Positions 63,999-64,000 of a DNA stretch of 64,000 nucleotides are shown here, piece by piece. The stretch comes from Ignavibacteriales bacterium. GTDB taxonomy: Bacteria; Bacteroidota; Ignavibacteria; UBA10030. Under the pieces are notes generated by a model. That model was not told the DNA's origin. It saw nothing but the letters and a program-made list of their open reading frames with translations, and did not search any database. The translations under genes and the position numbers were made by a program. Within the stretch, counting starts at the first letter, position 1. Every line of letters starts with the position of its first letter. The stretch covers positions 28,215 to 92,214 of the forward strand of contig JAPLFQ010000032.1 of the NCBI GenBank assembly GCA_026390595.1, in the 5' to 3' direction.

Positions 63999-64000
63999 TT

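Overview
High-GC (~57%) bacterial chromosomal window, gene-dense, with many overlapping co-directional genes. Content suggests a Bacteroidota/Chlorobiota-like (FCB group) heterotroph, but the phylum is not certain. Most long opposite-strand ORFs in the track are GC-driven shadow ORFs.

Bases 1-24 kb, almost all on the minus strand, are housekeeping: ctpA (partial), lysS, malQ, rluB, scpB-scpA-trpS, a solo HNH nuclease, aroC, htrA, recO, an MtnA-like isomerase plus PfkB kinase, Nudix, a second pseudouridine synthase carrying an in-frame 42-bp tandem repeat, a DmpA-like peptidase, a TrmH-family methyltransferase, a methylmalonyl-CoA mutase catalytic subunit, comEC, dtd and prmC.

24-28 kb holds a K-rich-tailed hypothetical, an orphan receiver and an amidohydrolase.

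28-33 kb carries a MAN2C1/Ams1-type GH38 alpha-mannosidase and a DUF1343 (NamZ-like) gene on the plus strand.

33.3-41.1 kb is the most unusual part: a tight minus-strand six-gene cluster, ACP -> fused ADP-forming acyl-CoA synthetase -> NagB paralog -> large DUF4954 beta-helix protein -> LeuA/homocitrate-synthase-like enzyme -> second NagB paralog, closed by a bidirectional terminator. It is followed by a 700-bp non-coding island.

41.9-45 kb encodes an odd regulatory module: an HTH-only AraC fragment, an enhancer-binding-protein-like AAA+ regulator lacking GAFTGA, and a polytopic membrane protein.

45.3-53.4 kb (plus strand) is a sulfur-oxyanion respiration-type island: a Cys-rich MerR regulator, a Tat PsrA-like molybdoenzyme, PsrB, NrfD/PsrC, a split YeeE/YedE transporter, a Cys->Ser rhodanese-like protein, a CMD/AhpD-like protein, mobA and an aldose epimerase.

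53.4-58.6 kb has eda, a GH88-like hydrolase, an SDR, a Tat-exported AKR with an Fe-S tail and a secreted hypothetical.

58.7-62.4 kb has a sigma70 promoter + SAM-I riboswitch + terminator leader controlling thrA-metA. The window ends with a Gfo/Idh/MocA oxidoreductase and a cupin.

No rRNA, convincing tRNA, CRISPR array or transposase was found.
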